Positions 27,764 to 37,773 of a stretch of DNA of 64,000 bases are shown here, one piece after another; the stretch's first letter is position 1, and each line of letters starts with the position of its first letter. Source of the DNA: Bythopirellula sp. (GTDB taxonomy: Bacteria; Planctomycetota; Planctomycetia; Pirellulales; Lacipirellulaceae); NCBI GenBank assembly GCA_965216565.1, contig OZ244170.1, positions 640,001-704,000 of the forward strand, given 5' to 3'. The notes beneath the pieces were generated by a model. It was not told where the DNA came from. It searched no databases and saw only the letters and a program-made list of their open reading frames with translations. A program made the translations under genes and the position numbers.

Positions 27764-28040
27764 TTCGCACGTGACATTCAGTGGTATTTCTGCGATGATA
27801 ATAGCTTGCGGGCTACGCGTGAGAAAATAAGTAACTAAGATTCCAATTCCGGAAAATCGAAATGAGAATCCGGAAATCTAGCTTATTAACGTCGAGATCG
27901 GTAGACGCCGCGGGAGACTGATGGCTGCGTGAAGATAGAATCTTCCGAGCTTGTGTTTTCAGCAAGGCGTGAGAGATCTCGAAGCGTTTGCTCAATGAAC
28001 CTCAGGGGCTAATACTGGTAGGACGTGGACACTGTGCGTT

Positions 28041-29516
28041 ATGGCCACCGAATTAACCGCAGAAAAGTTGGCTCAAAGCGCATTAGACGTCAACATCGTT
28101 TCCGAAGCCGACTTACGTTCGGTTTGGAGTGAGTTGGGTACGCGCACAGTTGAAGGTAGCCAACTTGCCCAGATTCTTCTTCGCCGCGGTCTCATAACCA
28201 ACTACCAACTCGACCGCGTCAACCAAGGCTTCCGCCATGGTTTTTTCTACGGGGAATACAAGGTGCTCTACCTTGTAGGTGCAGGTACTTTTGCCAGGGT
28301 CTATCGAGCCACGCACAAAGATACAAAAGAACTGTTTGCGATAAAGGTGCTTCGCAAACGGATGAGCGAAAAACCTAAAGAAGCGGAGTTGTTTCGTCGT
28401 GAGGGCGAGCTAGGCATGAAGCTCGTCCATCCCAATATCGTGGCGATTCATGATGTAGTCAGCAAAGGTCTCCTGAATTACATCGTTATGGACTTTGTAG
28501 AAGGGCACAACTTGCGCGACTTTTACAAGGTGCGTGGTAAGTTTGAGCCAATTCCTGCGGCAAAAATTGTGGCTGGAATGCTGGCTGGGCTCAACTACGC
28601 GTTCCAGGAAGGAGTTTCGCACCGAGATCTCAAGATGTCCAACGTCATGGTCTCGAGTGAAGGTCAAGCCAAGCTGGTGGACTTTGGACTAGCAGGGTTG
28701 GGGGTATCTGAATCCGATGCCGGCGATGGTGCAAACCAGCGAACCATCGATTACGCAGGCCTAGAGCGGGCCACGAATGTCCGCAAAGACGATACCAGGA
28801 GCGATATCTTCTTTGTCGGCTCGATATTTTACCAAATGCTCTGTGGAAGCCCGGCGTTGGCCGAAACCCGTGACCGCGTGCAGAGGCTGAGCAAAGGACG
28901 GTATCAAGACATCAAGTCAATCGCCGAAATCGCTCCCGAGATCCCCATGGCAATGGTTCGCGTGGTGAATAAGGCGCTTGAATTCGATCCAGACAAGCGA
29001 TTTCAAACCCCGGGCGAAATGCTGTCCGACTTGCAATTAGCCATCAAGCGTGTTAGCGACCAGGCAAAAGGTATCCAACAAACGCCAACCGACGAGAAGC
29101 CACTGGAGGGCCACGACGAACAAGGCGAACCACGGAGACTAATGGTTGTCGAGTCCGACACGAAGATGCAAGATCTGTTCCGCGAGATGTTCAAGAAGCG
29201 TGGCTACCGAGTTCTCGTCACCAGTGATCCAGAGCGGTTGTTTCAGCGTTTCTATGAGAATGCCAACACGGCTGATGTTGTGTTGATCAGTTCCGGGCAC
29301 TTGGGTGGAGAAGCGGTTGACGCATTTAATCGGATGGGGCAAGAGGGTGCAACCAAGAATGTTCCCTCAGTACTGCTCTTGGGAGATCAGCAAGGAGCAT
29401 GGGCAAAAGACATTGAGGCGAACGATCACCGGAACTTGCTGCAGATGCCTGTGAAATCACGGGAGCTCAGGACTGCAATTCTCAAATCGCTAAAAGCTTC
29501 GGAATCAACTGCCTAA
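28041..29516 (+). CDS. Hanks-type Ser/Thr protein kinase with a C-terminal pseudo-receiver domain
   Basis: GAGTFARVY, AIKVL, HRDLKMSN, DFG, D..SDIF. C-terminal RLMVVESD..GYRV..DVVLIS..QMPVK receiver-like fold. Confidence 0.88.
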   Translation: MATELTAEKLAQSALDVNIVSEADLRSVWSELGTRTVEGSQLAQILLRRGLITNYQLDRVNQGFRHGFFYGEYKVLYLVGAGTFARVYRATHKDTKELFAIKVLRKRMSEKPKEAELFRREGELGMKLVHPNIVAIHDVVSKGLLNYIVMDFVEGHNLRDFYKVRGKFEPIPAAKIVAGMLAGLNYAFQEGVSHRDLKMSNVMVSSEGQAKLVDFGLAGLGVSESDAGDGANQRTIDYAGLERATNVRKDDTRSDIFFVGSIFYQMLCGSPALAETRDRVQRLSKGRYQDIKSIAEIAPEIPMAMVRVVNKALEFDPDKRFQTPGEMLSDLQLAIKRVSDQAKGIQQTPTDEKPLEGHDEQGEPRRLMVVESDTKMQDLFREMFKKRGYRVLVTSDPERLFQRFYENANTADVVLISSGHLGGEAVDAFNRMGQEGATKNVPSVLLLGDQQGAWAKDIEANDHRNLLQMPVKSRELRTAILKSLKASESTA

Positions 29517-29543
29517 CTACCAGCGATTCTGCTTTGAGCCAAG

Positions 29544-29999
29544 TTACTTCTGCTCGCACTTGGCTTTTTCTATCTCTGCGATTTTTTCTACACGACGCAT
29601 GTGCCGCCCGCCCTCGAACTCGGTATCGATCCAGAGTTGTACCATCCGCTCGATGGTGCGTGGACTGATCATGTCCGCCGGCAGGCAGAGAATGTTCAGG
29701 TCATTGTGCCGACGACTAATCTCAACAGTCACTTCATCTGTACAAGGAGCGGCTCGCACTCCAGGAAACTTGTTCGCCGTGATGGCCATGCCAATTCCGG
29801 TGCCACAGATGAGAATCCCGCGATCGACTTCGCCTTCGCTGACTCTCTCAGCGACCAGGGCAGCAAAGTCGGGGTAATCGACCGACTCAGAGACGTCAGT
29901 ACCCCGGTCATCAACTTCATGCCCTTTTGTACGCAGCATGCCAGCTATCTTTTCTTTGAGATGATAACCCCGGTGATCACTGCCAATCGCAATCTTCAT
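29544..29999 (-). CDS. rpiB: Ribose-5-phosphate isomerase B
   Basis: KIAIGSDHRG, SVDYPDFA, ICGTGIGM.I.ANK, SRRHND.N, FEGGRH.RRV. Start ATG 29999. Confidence 0.95.
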   Translation of the reverse strand: MKIAIGSDHRGYHLKEKIAGMLRTKGHEVDDRGTDVSESVDYPDFAALVAERVSEGEVDRGILICGTGIGMAITANKFPGVRAAPCTDEVTVEISRRHNDLNILCLPADMISPRTIERMVQLWIDTEFEGGRHMRRVEKIAEIEKAKCEQK

Positions 30000-30094
30000 A
30001 GCGCCCAATTTCTCCTGAGTTGCCCGGCCTAGACCGACTTTGTGAAGCCCCCCTCTATCTTGCAAAAACCAACCTCATTTGGCAAGCGCCGCGA

Positions 30095-31222
30095 CTATTG
30101 TCCGAAGTCGATTTCATCGATTCGCTGTTTCAAAGCTGTTTCGACTTGTTCAGCACATTGGCGATAGATGCCCACTGAGCCACCGATGGGATCGTCGATG
30201 TCGCCGCCGTCAGCCCGCAGAGGCATAGTTCGCGAAGCCGTTTCTGGCCATCGGCCAATAACGGCACGCCGATGGTTTTCAGTCATCGTCAGGATGACGT
30301 CGGCATGGCGAGCTAGCTTGTCAGTGAGTGGCTGCGACTCGTGCCTGGAAATATCGAGGCCATGCTGTTTCATCACCTCAACGGCCTCACTCGAAGGTGC
30401 GCAACCGGGAACTGCTGCAATCCCGGCGGAAGCAACAATGATATTTCGCTCTGCGAGTTCTGCCTCGCTGCAACCAAGTTTCTCGGCCACAAGTTTCCGC
30501 GCAATCGCTTCGCCCATTGGGCTACGGCAAGTATTCCCAGTACATACCAGTAGTACAATCATGCTAGCTAGACGCGCAAGCGCGCTCTCGTTCAATACAC
30601 CTTCTCGTAAACATTCGTAGCTATTGCTATTCGCTTTGACAACGGTGGAGGATTGGCCGAATCGGCTCGGTCCATCGTCGAGCACCAAGCCAACATGATC
30701 TCCCAAACTCGCTATGGCTTGCTCGGCATTCACCGCGTCAGGTTCGCCTGATAGGTTTGCACTTGTTAGAGCCACTGGGCCAGCCAGCATCCTCAGTACG
30801 TCGAGGACAGTCTGATGCGCAGGAACTCGTAAGCCAAGCGTTTCTTTGGGTGCCACCGCGTCGAGGACTTTGGATGGTAATCGAGACAACAAGCCTTCGC
30901 GATTTTGGTGCTCGACAACTAAGGTCACCGGCCCTGGCCAGCAGCGACGGGCTAGCCTTTGAGCCATTACGCTCATGTTGGGCACATAATCTAGGGCCTC
31001 TTCGATACTCTTAATGGCTAAGGCAAACGGTACATTCGACGCGCGTCCCTTCGCTTCGAATAATTTATCTACGCCTTCTTCATTGCGGGCGCTAGCTCCC
31101 ACTCCATAGACCGTCTCGGTGGGAAAAACTACTAGCTTTCCCTCGGCCAACGTTTGTACAGCGCGATGCACTACATCCCTAGTGTCGTCCGCTTTCCGGA
31201 GATCGATAACAATAGGTGGCAT
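30095..31222 (-). CDS. Fusion of L-threonylcarbamoyladenylate synthase (TsaC/Sua5) and a low-molecular-weight protein phosphatase
   Basis: N-domain FPTETVYG, KGR, WPGPVT, TSANLSG; C-domain VCTGNTCRSPM and DIDDPIGG. Start ATG 31222. Confidence 0.9.
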   Translation of the reverse strand: MPPIVIDLRKADDTRDVVHRAVQTLAEGKLVVFPTETVYGVGASARNEEGVDKLFEAKGRASNVPFALAIKSIEEALDYVPNMSVMAQRLARRCWPGPVTLVVEHQNREGLLSRLPSKVLDAVAPKETLGLRVPAHQTVLDVLRMLAGPVALTSANLSGEPDAVNAEQAIASLGDHVGLVLDDGPSRFGQSSTVVKANSNSYECLREGVLNESALARLASMIVLLVCTGNTCRSPMGEAIARKLVAEKLGCSEAELAERNIIVASAGIAAVPGCAPSSEAVEVMKQHGLDISRHESQPLTDKLARHADVILTMTENHRRAVIGRWPETASRTMPLRADGGDIDDPIGGSVGIYRQCAEQVETALKQRIDEIDFGQ

Positions 31223-31522
31223 AAGCTGGCCAACGGATACCTGCGCACATGTCCAGTTAGGACGGAACCAGTAGGAAGGAAAATTGCCTGGCACCGTCTA
31301 CAGAAAACTACCAACGGCGCCTTCCGAAGAGATGCACGAGAAGAACCACGAGCGATATGATAGTTTGTTAGGGAAATTGCGGTGCGACATCACATAAGTG
31401 CAACACGAGTCTTCAAAACAAATATACTTATATCGTTCCCTGATGGTCAACCGCAGGCACCTTTCAGCACAAGCTGTGAGCGGTACGGCAAAGCATACGC
31501 ATCTCTAGGAAATTGGAATCCC

Positions 31523-32500
31523 GTGGAATCGCGTCAATCAACACAATTGTTCGTTCGATGCGATGCGCCGAGACGCTGGTCACGATTTTGGACCCTAGGA
31601 GGGCTGGTGGTGGCTCAACTGCTGCTTGGCTGCGTGCCGTCTAAGACCCCGGAGGGTAGCGCCGATTTGCTGTGGGGGCAGCTAGGAATTACGGAAGGGC
31701 GATTTCAGAAGCCGCGTGCCATTGCCATTGACGAAAAAGATCGGCTCTACATCATCGACATGACCGCCCGAGTTCAGGCGTTTGACGCGGACGGGAACTA
31801 TCTCACCAGTTGGCGTACACCGAAAAGCAAAAACGGCAGACCGTCGGGGCTGACCATTGCCAATGACGGAAAGGTCTTAGTGGCCGACACGCACTACTAC
31901 CGCATGTTGGTTTACGATACCGAGGGCAAGCCAATTGAAAATCGGACTATCGGTGGTGTGCAAGGCAACAAACCGGGCGAGTTCGGCTTTGTGACAGACG
32001 TCGTCCAAGACTCGGAAGGCAACTATTACATCGGTGAGTATGGCGATTTCGACCGCATTCAGAAGTTCTCAAACGAGGGCGAATATCTCTTGCAGTGGGG
32101 CTCGCACGGGACTGAGCCGGGGCAATTTCGTAGACCGCAGAATATGGTAATCGACGATTTGGATCAGATTTGGGTGGCGGACGCCTGCAATCATCGTATC
32201 CAGGTGTTCGATACCGAAGGAAATCTCATCAAGCTGTGGGGGGCAGAGGGCAGCGAGCTTGGTATGTTGTATTATCCCTACGACTTGGCACTCGATGGCA
32301 AAGGCCATCTTTACGTCAGTGAATTTGGAAATCATCGCGTGCAAAAATTTACACTGGATGGCGAATCTGTGGATAGCTGGGGATCGCACGGCAAAGAGCC
32401 TGGTCATCTCTACAATCCCTGGGCATTGGCAATTGATAGTCGAGGTCGAGTTCACGTCCTAGATTCCAGGAACCATCGCGTGCAGCGTGTCGTGTTTTAG
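31523..32500 (+). CDS. NHL-repeat beta-propeller lipoprotein
   Basis: Lipobox LLLGC; six repeats of the form G.F..P..I.VD..G..YV.D..NHR.Q.F. Start uncertain (ORF opens at 31382; GTG 31523 preferred). Confidence 0.82.
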   Translation: MESRQSTQLFVRCDAPRRWSRFWTLGGLVVAQLLLGCVPSKTPEGSADLLWGQLGITEGRFQKPRAIAIDEKDRLYIIDMTARVQAFDADGNYLTSWRTPKSKNGRPSGLTIANDGKVLVADTHYYRMLVYDTEGKPIENRTIGGVQGNKPGEFGFVTDVVQDSEGNYYIGEYGDFDRIQKFSNEGEYLLQWGSHGTEPGQFRRPQNMVIDDLDQIWVADACNHRIQVFDTEGNLIKLWGAEGSELGMLYYPYDLALDGKGHLYVSEFGNHRVQKFTLDGESVDSWGSHGKEPGHLYNPWALAIDSRGRVHVLDSRNHRVQRVVF

Positions 32501-32539
32501 AAGTAGTTTTCCACCCCTCTCACCATACATCCACATCGC

Positions 32540-35500
32540 ATGCTTCCTTACAGCTTTGCCTTCGACAGCCCGAGCTACCTGATTCTGCTCGGGTTGCTGC
32601 CGCTGATGTGGTGGCTTAGCTACGGCAGCCTGGCAGGATTGGGCCGCTGGCGACGCTTGATTGTGATGGGCCTGAGATCGCTAGTCTATACAATTATCGT
32701 ACTCGCTTTGGCCGATATGCAGTACCAGAAGCGCAGCGATCAGTTGACGGTTATCTACCTGCTCGATCAGTCACTAAGCATCCCCACTGACCAACGCCAG
32801 GCGATGGTCGACTACGTAAATGATTCGCTCGAAGAGCATTTCGAGAGCGACAATGACGATCGCTATGCGGTAATCGTCTTCGGTCGTGATGCATCGGTCG
32901 AGATGCCGTTGGTGAACGCGAAGATTCCACTGTCCTCAAGCGTCGAAACATTACTCGACCCCGAGTACACAGACATCGCCACGGCTCTGCAGCGGGCCAA
33001 GGCCATGTTCCCTTACGACAGTGCCAAGCGAGTGGTACTGGTGACAGATGGAAATCAGAATCTAGCCAATGCCCAGCGAGAGGCTCGATCAGCAACGGCC
33101 TCGGGGGTAAGCATCGATGTGATCCCGGTGATTCTTTCGGCTCGCAGCGAGGTCGCCGTCGAAAAGGTCGACCTTCCGGCCAGCGCTCGGAAGGGGCAAC
33201 CGTTTGAGATGCGGGTGGTGCTTCGCAACGAAGCAGCAGAGCGGTCGGGAAAACCAATCCCAGGCAAGTTGCGGATTATTCGCCAAGCAGGTGACAATGA
33301 GGAGATCATTGTCGAACAAAGCGTCGAAGTCCCCCCGGGCAAACGCGTCTTTACGATCCCCGAGGAGATCTACCAGCCCGACTTTTACACTTACGAGGCA
33401 CGTTTTTCGCCGGACGATCCCAAAGCAGATGGTATGACGCAAAACAACGAGGCCTCAGCTTTCACGCATGTGCGCGGCAAAGGCAACGTGCTTCTGATCG
33501 AAAATTGGGACAACCCAGGCCAGTTTGATTTTCTGGTCGATCGACTTCGAAACGAGGAGATATCGGTCACGGTTGCACCCAGTGATCGGCTCTTCACATC
33601 GTTGGCGGAACTGCAACGGTACGATTCGGTGGTTCTCGCCAATGTGTCGCGTAGTACCGGCACCAGCGGTGACGATGTGAGCAGCTTTAGCGACGAGCAG
33701 ATAAGAATGCTGGTCAGGAATACTCGCGAGCTTGGTTGCGGGCTAGTGATGATAGGCGGACCAGATACCTATGGGGCAGGGGGGTGGACCAACACCGAGC
33801 TTGAAAAGGCGATGCCCGTGGATTTTGAGATCAAGAGTGCCAAGGTTTCGCCCGTGGGTGCTCTGGTATTAATGATGCACGCTGGCGAAATGCCTAAGGC
33901 CAACTATTGGCAGAAACGCATTGCTAGTGAATCGATCAAGATGCTAGGCACGCGAGATTATTGTGGCATGGTCTTTGAATGGGGGGGCACCGATCAGTGG
34001 CTGTGGGGGCAAAGGCAGGGAGGTATCGTCCGCGTGGGGCCGAATCGTAAAATGATGCGGGCGCGGGTCAGCCAAATGACGATTGGCGATATGCCTGCCT
34101 TTGATCCCGGGTTGAAAATGGCAGCTGCTTCGTTCGCTAAGCTCAAAGACGCGGCCGTCAAGCATATGATCATCATCAGCGATGGCGACCCAACGCCCGC
34201 TAGCGCGAACACCTTGAAACAGCTTTCGCAGCAGGGCGTCGTAGTAAGTACGGTGGGTGTTGGTTCGCACGGAGTGATTGGCAGCGACGAGATGCGCCGA
34301 ATTGCTAAAGCCACCGGCGGAAAATACTACCAAGTAAAAAGCGCAAATGCATTGCCCAAGGTTTATCAGAAAGAGACGCGACGGATCGCCCGCCCGCTAA
34401 TCTTCGAGCCGAAGCCTCCTGTGCAGCCTTCTATTGTCGCGCAACATGAAATCGTGGAAGGTTTGAATGGAACACTTCCGCCAGTGAGCGGTTTTGTGCT
34501 AACGACTGTCAAAGAAAACCCGCTCGTAGAGGTCATTGCACGTTCGCCCCAACCGGCCGACGAACGGAATTCTACGATACTCGCCGCTTGGACCTACGGA
34601 GCAGGAAAGTCAGTAGCGCTCACAACCGACGCCGGGGGTCGCTGGGCCAATGCTTGGACCGAGTGGGAAAATTACGACAAGTTTTTCAGCCAGATGATAC
34701 GCTGGTCAATGCGGCCCACCGACGACCTGGGCAATTTCTCTGTCGCTACGAGTGTCCGCGACGGAAAGACTCAGGTCATTGTTACGGCACTTGATCAAGA
34801 AGAGCAATTTCTCAACGATCTCTCGATGAGCGGAACCGTCGTTTCGCCAGAAATGGCTTCGATTCCATTGCGGATGGAACAAACTGCACCTGGCCGGTAC
34901 GTCGGCGAGTTTCCTTCGGAGGATTCAGGCAGCTACTTAATTGTAGTGAATCCTGGTGGCGAACGTGCCCCAATCCGAACCGGTGTAAATATTGGTTACT
35001 CGGCAGAGTATCGAGACATCGAGACCAATATGGCACTGCTAGAAACGCTTGCCAAACTTCCTGCCAAGAATGGTCCTGCTGGAAACTTGGTGGAGGTTGG
35101 TCTCAATACGCCCGACCGCGAACAGCTATTGGCCAGCAATCCGTTTCGCCGCGATTTGGCACCAGCCATCGCAAATCAACCAATCTGGCCCTGGCTTATG
35201 CTCATCGGCAGCTGTGTATTTTTTGCCGATGTGTTTGTGCGACGTGTGCAAATTCAATTTGATTGGGTGAAACCAATGCTCGCCCGAGCAAAAGACATAG
35301 TCCTTCGTCGCGAGCAGGCAGCACCCGCACCAGAGACAATGAGTAGGCTACGAAGTAGAAAGAAAGAAATCGGTGAAAAAATCGATCGAGGACGATCCGC
35401 AGCACGATTTGAATCGCAAGATTCGCCTGCAGATGCTTCCCCGGCTACCCCAACCGCGACCACGCCAGCTGCCCGATCCAAGTCGACCGAGCCGCAGGCT

Positions 35501-35599
35501 GAGCAACCTGAAGAACAGTCGTCGCAAGAGTCTTATACTGAACGGTTGTTAAAAGCGAAACGCAAGGTATGGGACGATCGTGATAAAGACTCAAAATAG
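32540..35599 (+). CDS. Membrane-anchored VWA-domain protein with a glutamine-amidotransferase-like domain
   Basis: N-terminal TMs; MIDAS DQSLS..TD..TDGN; GCGLVMIGGPDTYGAGGW; second degenerate VWA (ISDGD); C-terminal TM and charged tail. Confidence 0.8.
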   Translation: MLPYSFAFDSPSYLILLGLLPLMWWLSYGSLAGLGRWRRLIVMGLRSLVYTIIVLALADMQYQKRSDQLTVIYLLDQSLSIPTDQRQAMVDYVNDSLEEHFESDNDDRYAVIVFGRDASVEMPLVNAKIPLSSSVETLLDPEYTDIATALQRAKAMFPYDSAKRVVLVTDGNQNLANAQREARSATASGVSIDVIPVILSARSEVAVEKVDLPASARKGQPFEMRVVLRNEAAERSGKPIPGKLRIIRQAGDNEEIIVEQSVEVPPGKRVFTIPEEIYQPDFYTYEARFSPDDPKADGMTQNNEASAFTHVRGKGNVLLIENWDNPGQFDFLVDRLRNEEISVTVAPSDRLFTSLAELQRYDSVVLANVSRSTGTSGDDVSSFSDEQIRMLVRNTRELGCGLVMIGGPDTYGAGGWTNTELEKAMPVDFEIKSAKVSPVGALVLMMHAGEMPKANYWQKRIASESIKMLGTRDYCGMVFEWGGTDQWLWGQRQGGIVRVGPNRKMMRARVSQMTIGDMPAFDPGLKMAAASFAKLKDAAVKHMIIISDGDPTPASANTLKQLSQQGVVVSTVGVGSHGVIGSDEMRRIAKATGGKYYQVKSANALPKVYQKETRRIARPLIFEPKPPVQPSIVAQHEIVEGLNGTLPPVSGFVLTTVKENPLVEVIARSPQPADERNSTILAAWTYGAGKSVALTTDAGGRWANAWTEWENYDKFFSQMIRWSMRPTDDLGNFSVATSVRDGKTQVIVTALDQEEQFLNDLSMSGTVVSPEMASIPLRMEQTAPGRYVGEFPSEDSGSYLIVVNPGGERAPIRTGVNIGYSAEYRDIETNMALLETLAKLPAKNGPAGNLVEVGLNTPDREQLLASNPFRRDLAPAIANQPIWPWLMLIGSCVFFADVFVRRVQIQFDWVKPMLARAKDIVLRREQAAPAPETMSRLRSRKKEIGEKIDRGRSAARFESQDSPADASPATPTATTPAARSKSTEPQAEQPEEQSSQESYTERLLKAKRKVWDDRDKDSK

Positions 35600-35638
35600 A
35601 ACTACCCAGAACCAAATCAATACGAAAGAGAACCGACA

Positions 35639-36655
35639 ATGAGCAACGGGGAATCGATCGAAAAGCAAGCGGAAGAGTTTGCAACCCGCTACAAGGAAGT
35701 GCGTCAGCAGATTGGCCGAGTGATCGTCGGTCACAGTGATATCGTGCATGGAGTACTAACCTGCCTATTTGTGGGAGGGCATTGTTTGCTGGAAGGCGTT
35801 CCTGGACTGGGGAAGACCTTGTTAGTGCGGACACTCGCGCAGACTTTAGATCTAGACTTTTCCCGCATCCAATTCACCCCCGACCTTATGCCGGCAGATA
35901 TCTTGGGCACCAATATGGTGGTGGAAACACCCGAGGGGAAACGGATGTTCGAGTTTCAGAAAGGGCCGATCTTCACACAGATTTGTCTGGCTGACGAAAT
36001 AAATCGGGCTACGCCGAAAACCCAGTCTGCCATGTTGGAGACGATGCAGGAAAAGAAGGTGAGCATCGCCGGCAAGGTGTTTCCGATGAATCCACCTTTC
36101 TTTGTAATGGCGACTCAAAACCCGCTCGAGCAGGAAGGAACCTATCCACTGCCCGAAGCACAGCTCGATCGGTTCTTCTTTAAGCTGGTCGTCGGATACT
36201 CGTCGCGTGAGGAACTTGCCGAGGTAATCGACCGCACAACGCGTGGAGTCGTCATCGAGCCGGAAAAGGTAATGGATGGTGCGGAAATTGTGAAATGGCA
36301 GCAGCTAGTTCGGGAAGTAATCGTTGCCCCCCATGTACAGGATTACATTGTGCGACTTACGCTCGCCACGCACCCAGAGGGGCCTTATGCCCAGGAGAGT
36401 ACTAACCAGTACTTACGATGGGGTAGCAGTCCCCGTGGCGCGCAAACGGTTACGCTCGCCGCCAAAGTACGGGCCCTTTTAGCAGGTCGCTTTAATGTGA
36501 GTTTCGACGATGTCCGCCGCGTGTTCTTGCCAGCCATGCGACATCGGGTGATCCTCAACTTCGAAGCCCAGGCTGAAGGCATCGATCCCGATCAAGTATT
36601 GGTAGACATCGTCCAGAAGGTGCCTGAAAAGGCGGAATCGGCTAAATCGGCCTAG
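35639..36655 (+). CDS. moxR: MoxR family AAA+ ATPase
   Basis: EGVPGLGKT, RIQFTPDLMPAD, LADEINRA.PKTQSA, ATQNPLEQEGTYPLPEAQLDRF. Confidence 0.95.
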   Translation: MSNGESIEKQAEEFATRYKEVRQQIGRVIVGHSDIVHGVLTCLFVGGHCLLEGVPGLGKTLLVRTLAQTLDLDFSRIQFTPDLMPADILGTNMVVETPEGKRMFEFQKGPIFTQICLADEINRATPKTQSAMLETMQEKKVSIAGKVFPMNPPFFVMATQNPLEQEGTYPLPEAQLDRFFFKLVVGYSSREELAEVIDRTTRGVVIEPEKVMDGAEIVKWQQLVREVIVAPHVQDYIVRLTLATHPEGPYAQESTNQYLRWGSSPRGAQTVTLAAKVRALLAGRFNVSFDDVRRVFLPAMRHRVILNFEAQAEGIDPDQVLVDIVQKVPEKAESAKSA

Positions 36656-36703
36656 GGAAATCGAAATGCTTCTCGCGGAGGCGCTAAGGCGAAGAAAGTC
36701 CTG

Positions 36704-36877
36704 ATGAACAGAACAAAAGACAAGCTTAGAGAGAAAGTACCTTGGGCAGGGAGGCCTAGCGCAAGATCGAAAATGTTCGAATTGTTTGTAGCAGGCATGC
36801 CTGTACTCGTGATTGCGGGAAGTGCTGTGTTCGTGTTCGTCGTTTCGATCCTTCGTGGCTGTATTGGTAACACATGA
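36704..36877 (+). CDS. Putative small single-TM protein (not in the ORF track)
   Basis: 57 aa from ATG 36704, or 34 aa from ATG 36773: ..MFELFVAGMPVLVIAGSAVFVFVVSILRGCIGNT. The stop overlaps the next start (ATGA). Confidence 0.45.
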   Translation: MNRTKDKLREKVPWAGRPSARSKMFELFVAGMPVLVIAGSAVFVFVVSILRGCIGNT

Positions 36878-37767
36878 AAAAAACTAGCCAATCTAACCTG
36901 CTCTCCCCCGAGTTGCTGGCCCAGCTAGAAAGGCTGGAGCTCGTCACACGGAAGATATTTCGTGGGCAAATGAAAGGTGAGCGACGCAGTCGACGCAAGG
37001 GGCAAAGTGTTGAGTTTGCTGACTTCCGAAACTATGTGGCTGGCGACGACTTGCGGTTGCTCGACTGGAATCTGTATGCACGGCTCGACAAGCTGATTAT
37101 TAAATTGTTTTTGGAAGAAGAAGATTTGCATTTCTATTCGTTGATCGATTCCAGCTTGTCGATGGACTACGGCACGCCGACCAAGTTAGAGTTTGCCAAG
37201 CAATTGGCGGCGTCCCTAGCGTTTATCGGTTTGATTCGGGCAGATCGGGTGCGGGTTGAAACGTTGGCACAAGGGGCCGGGGACCGCGGTCCTGCTTGGC
37301 GCGGCCGTGCAAGTAGTTGGCGGATGCTTGAGCACGTAGAATCGATCCAGCCCAGCAATCAAACGTCGCTCACCACGGGCGTAAAGAACTTTTGCCTGCG
37401 AAATCCTGGTAAGGGAATCGTGGTTTTTATCACCGACCTGATGGACAAGACCGGCTACGAAGAAGCTCTGAAGTACTTTGTCTCGCATGAGGTCGACTGT
37501 TATTTGATTCATGTGTTGTCGCAGGAGGAACTGGAGCCCGATGTGAAGGGTGATCTCAGGCTTGTGGATTGCGAGGATCAGGACGAAGCAGAGATAACAG
37601 TTAGCGCGCCGCTGTTGAATCGATACAAGCAAACGCTGAATTCGTTTGTCGAGGGCGCTCAACAATTCTGTGCTCGTCGGGGAATTCATTATCTGCTGGC
37701 GAATAATCAGACGCCGATTGAAACTCTAGTCGCATCGCACCTTCGCAAACGGGGGCTGGTTCGCTAG
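36874..37767 (+). CDS. DUF58 family protein
   Basis: G.RRSRRKGQSVEFADFRNYVAGDDLRLLDWNLYAR; DSSLSM. Follows moxR. Confidence 0.92.
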   Translation: MKKTSQSNLLSPELLAQLERLELVTRKIFRGQMKGERRSRRKGQSVEFADFRNYVAGDDLRLLDWNLYARLDKLIIKLFLEEEDLHFYSLIDSSLSMDYGTPTKLEFAKQLAASLAFIGLIRADRVRVETLAQGAGDRGPAWRGRASSWRMLEHVESIQPSNQTSLTTGVKNFCLRNPGKGIVVFITDLMDKTGYEEALKYFVSHEVDCYLIHVLSQEELEPDVKGDLRLVDCEDQDEAEITVSAPLLNRYKQTLNSFVEGAQQFCARRGIHYLLANNQTPIETLVASHLRKRGLVR

Positions 37768-37773
37768 GTAGGC

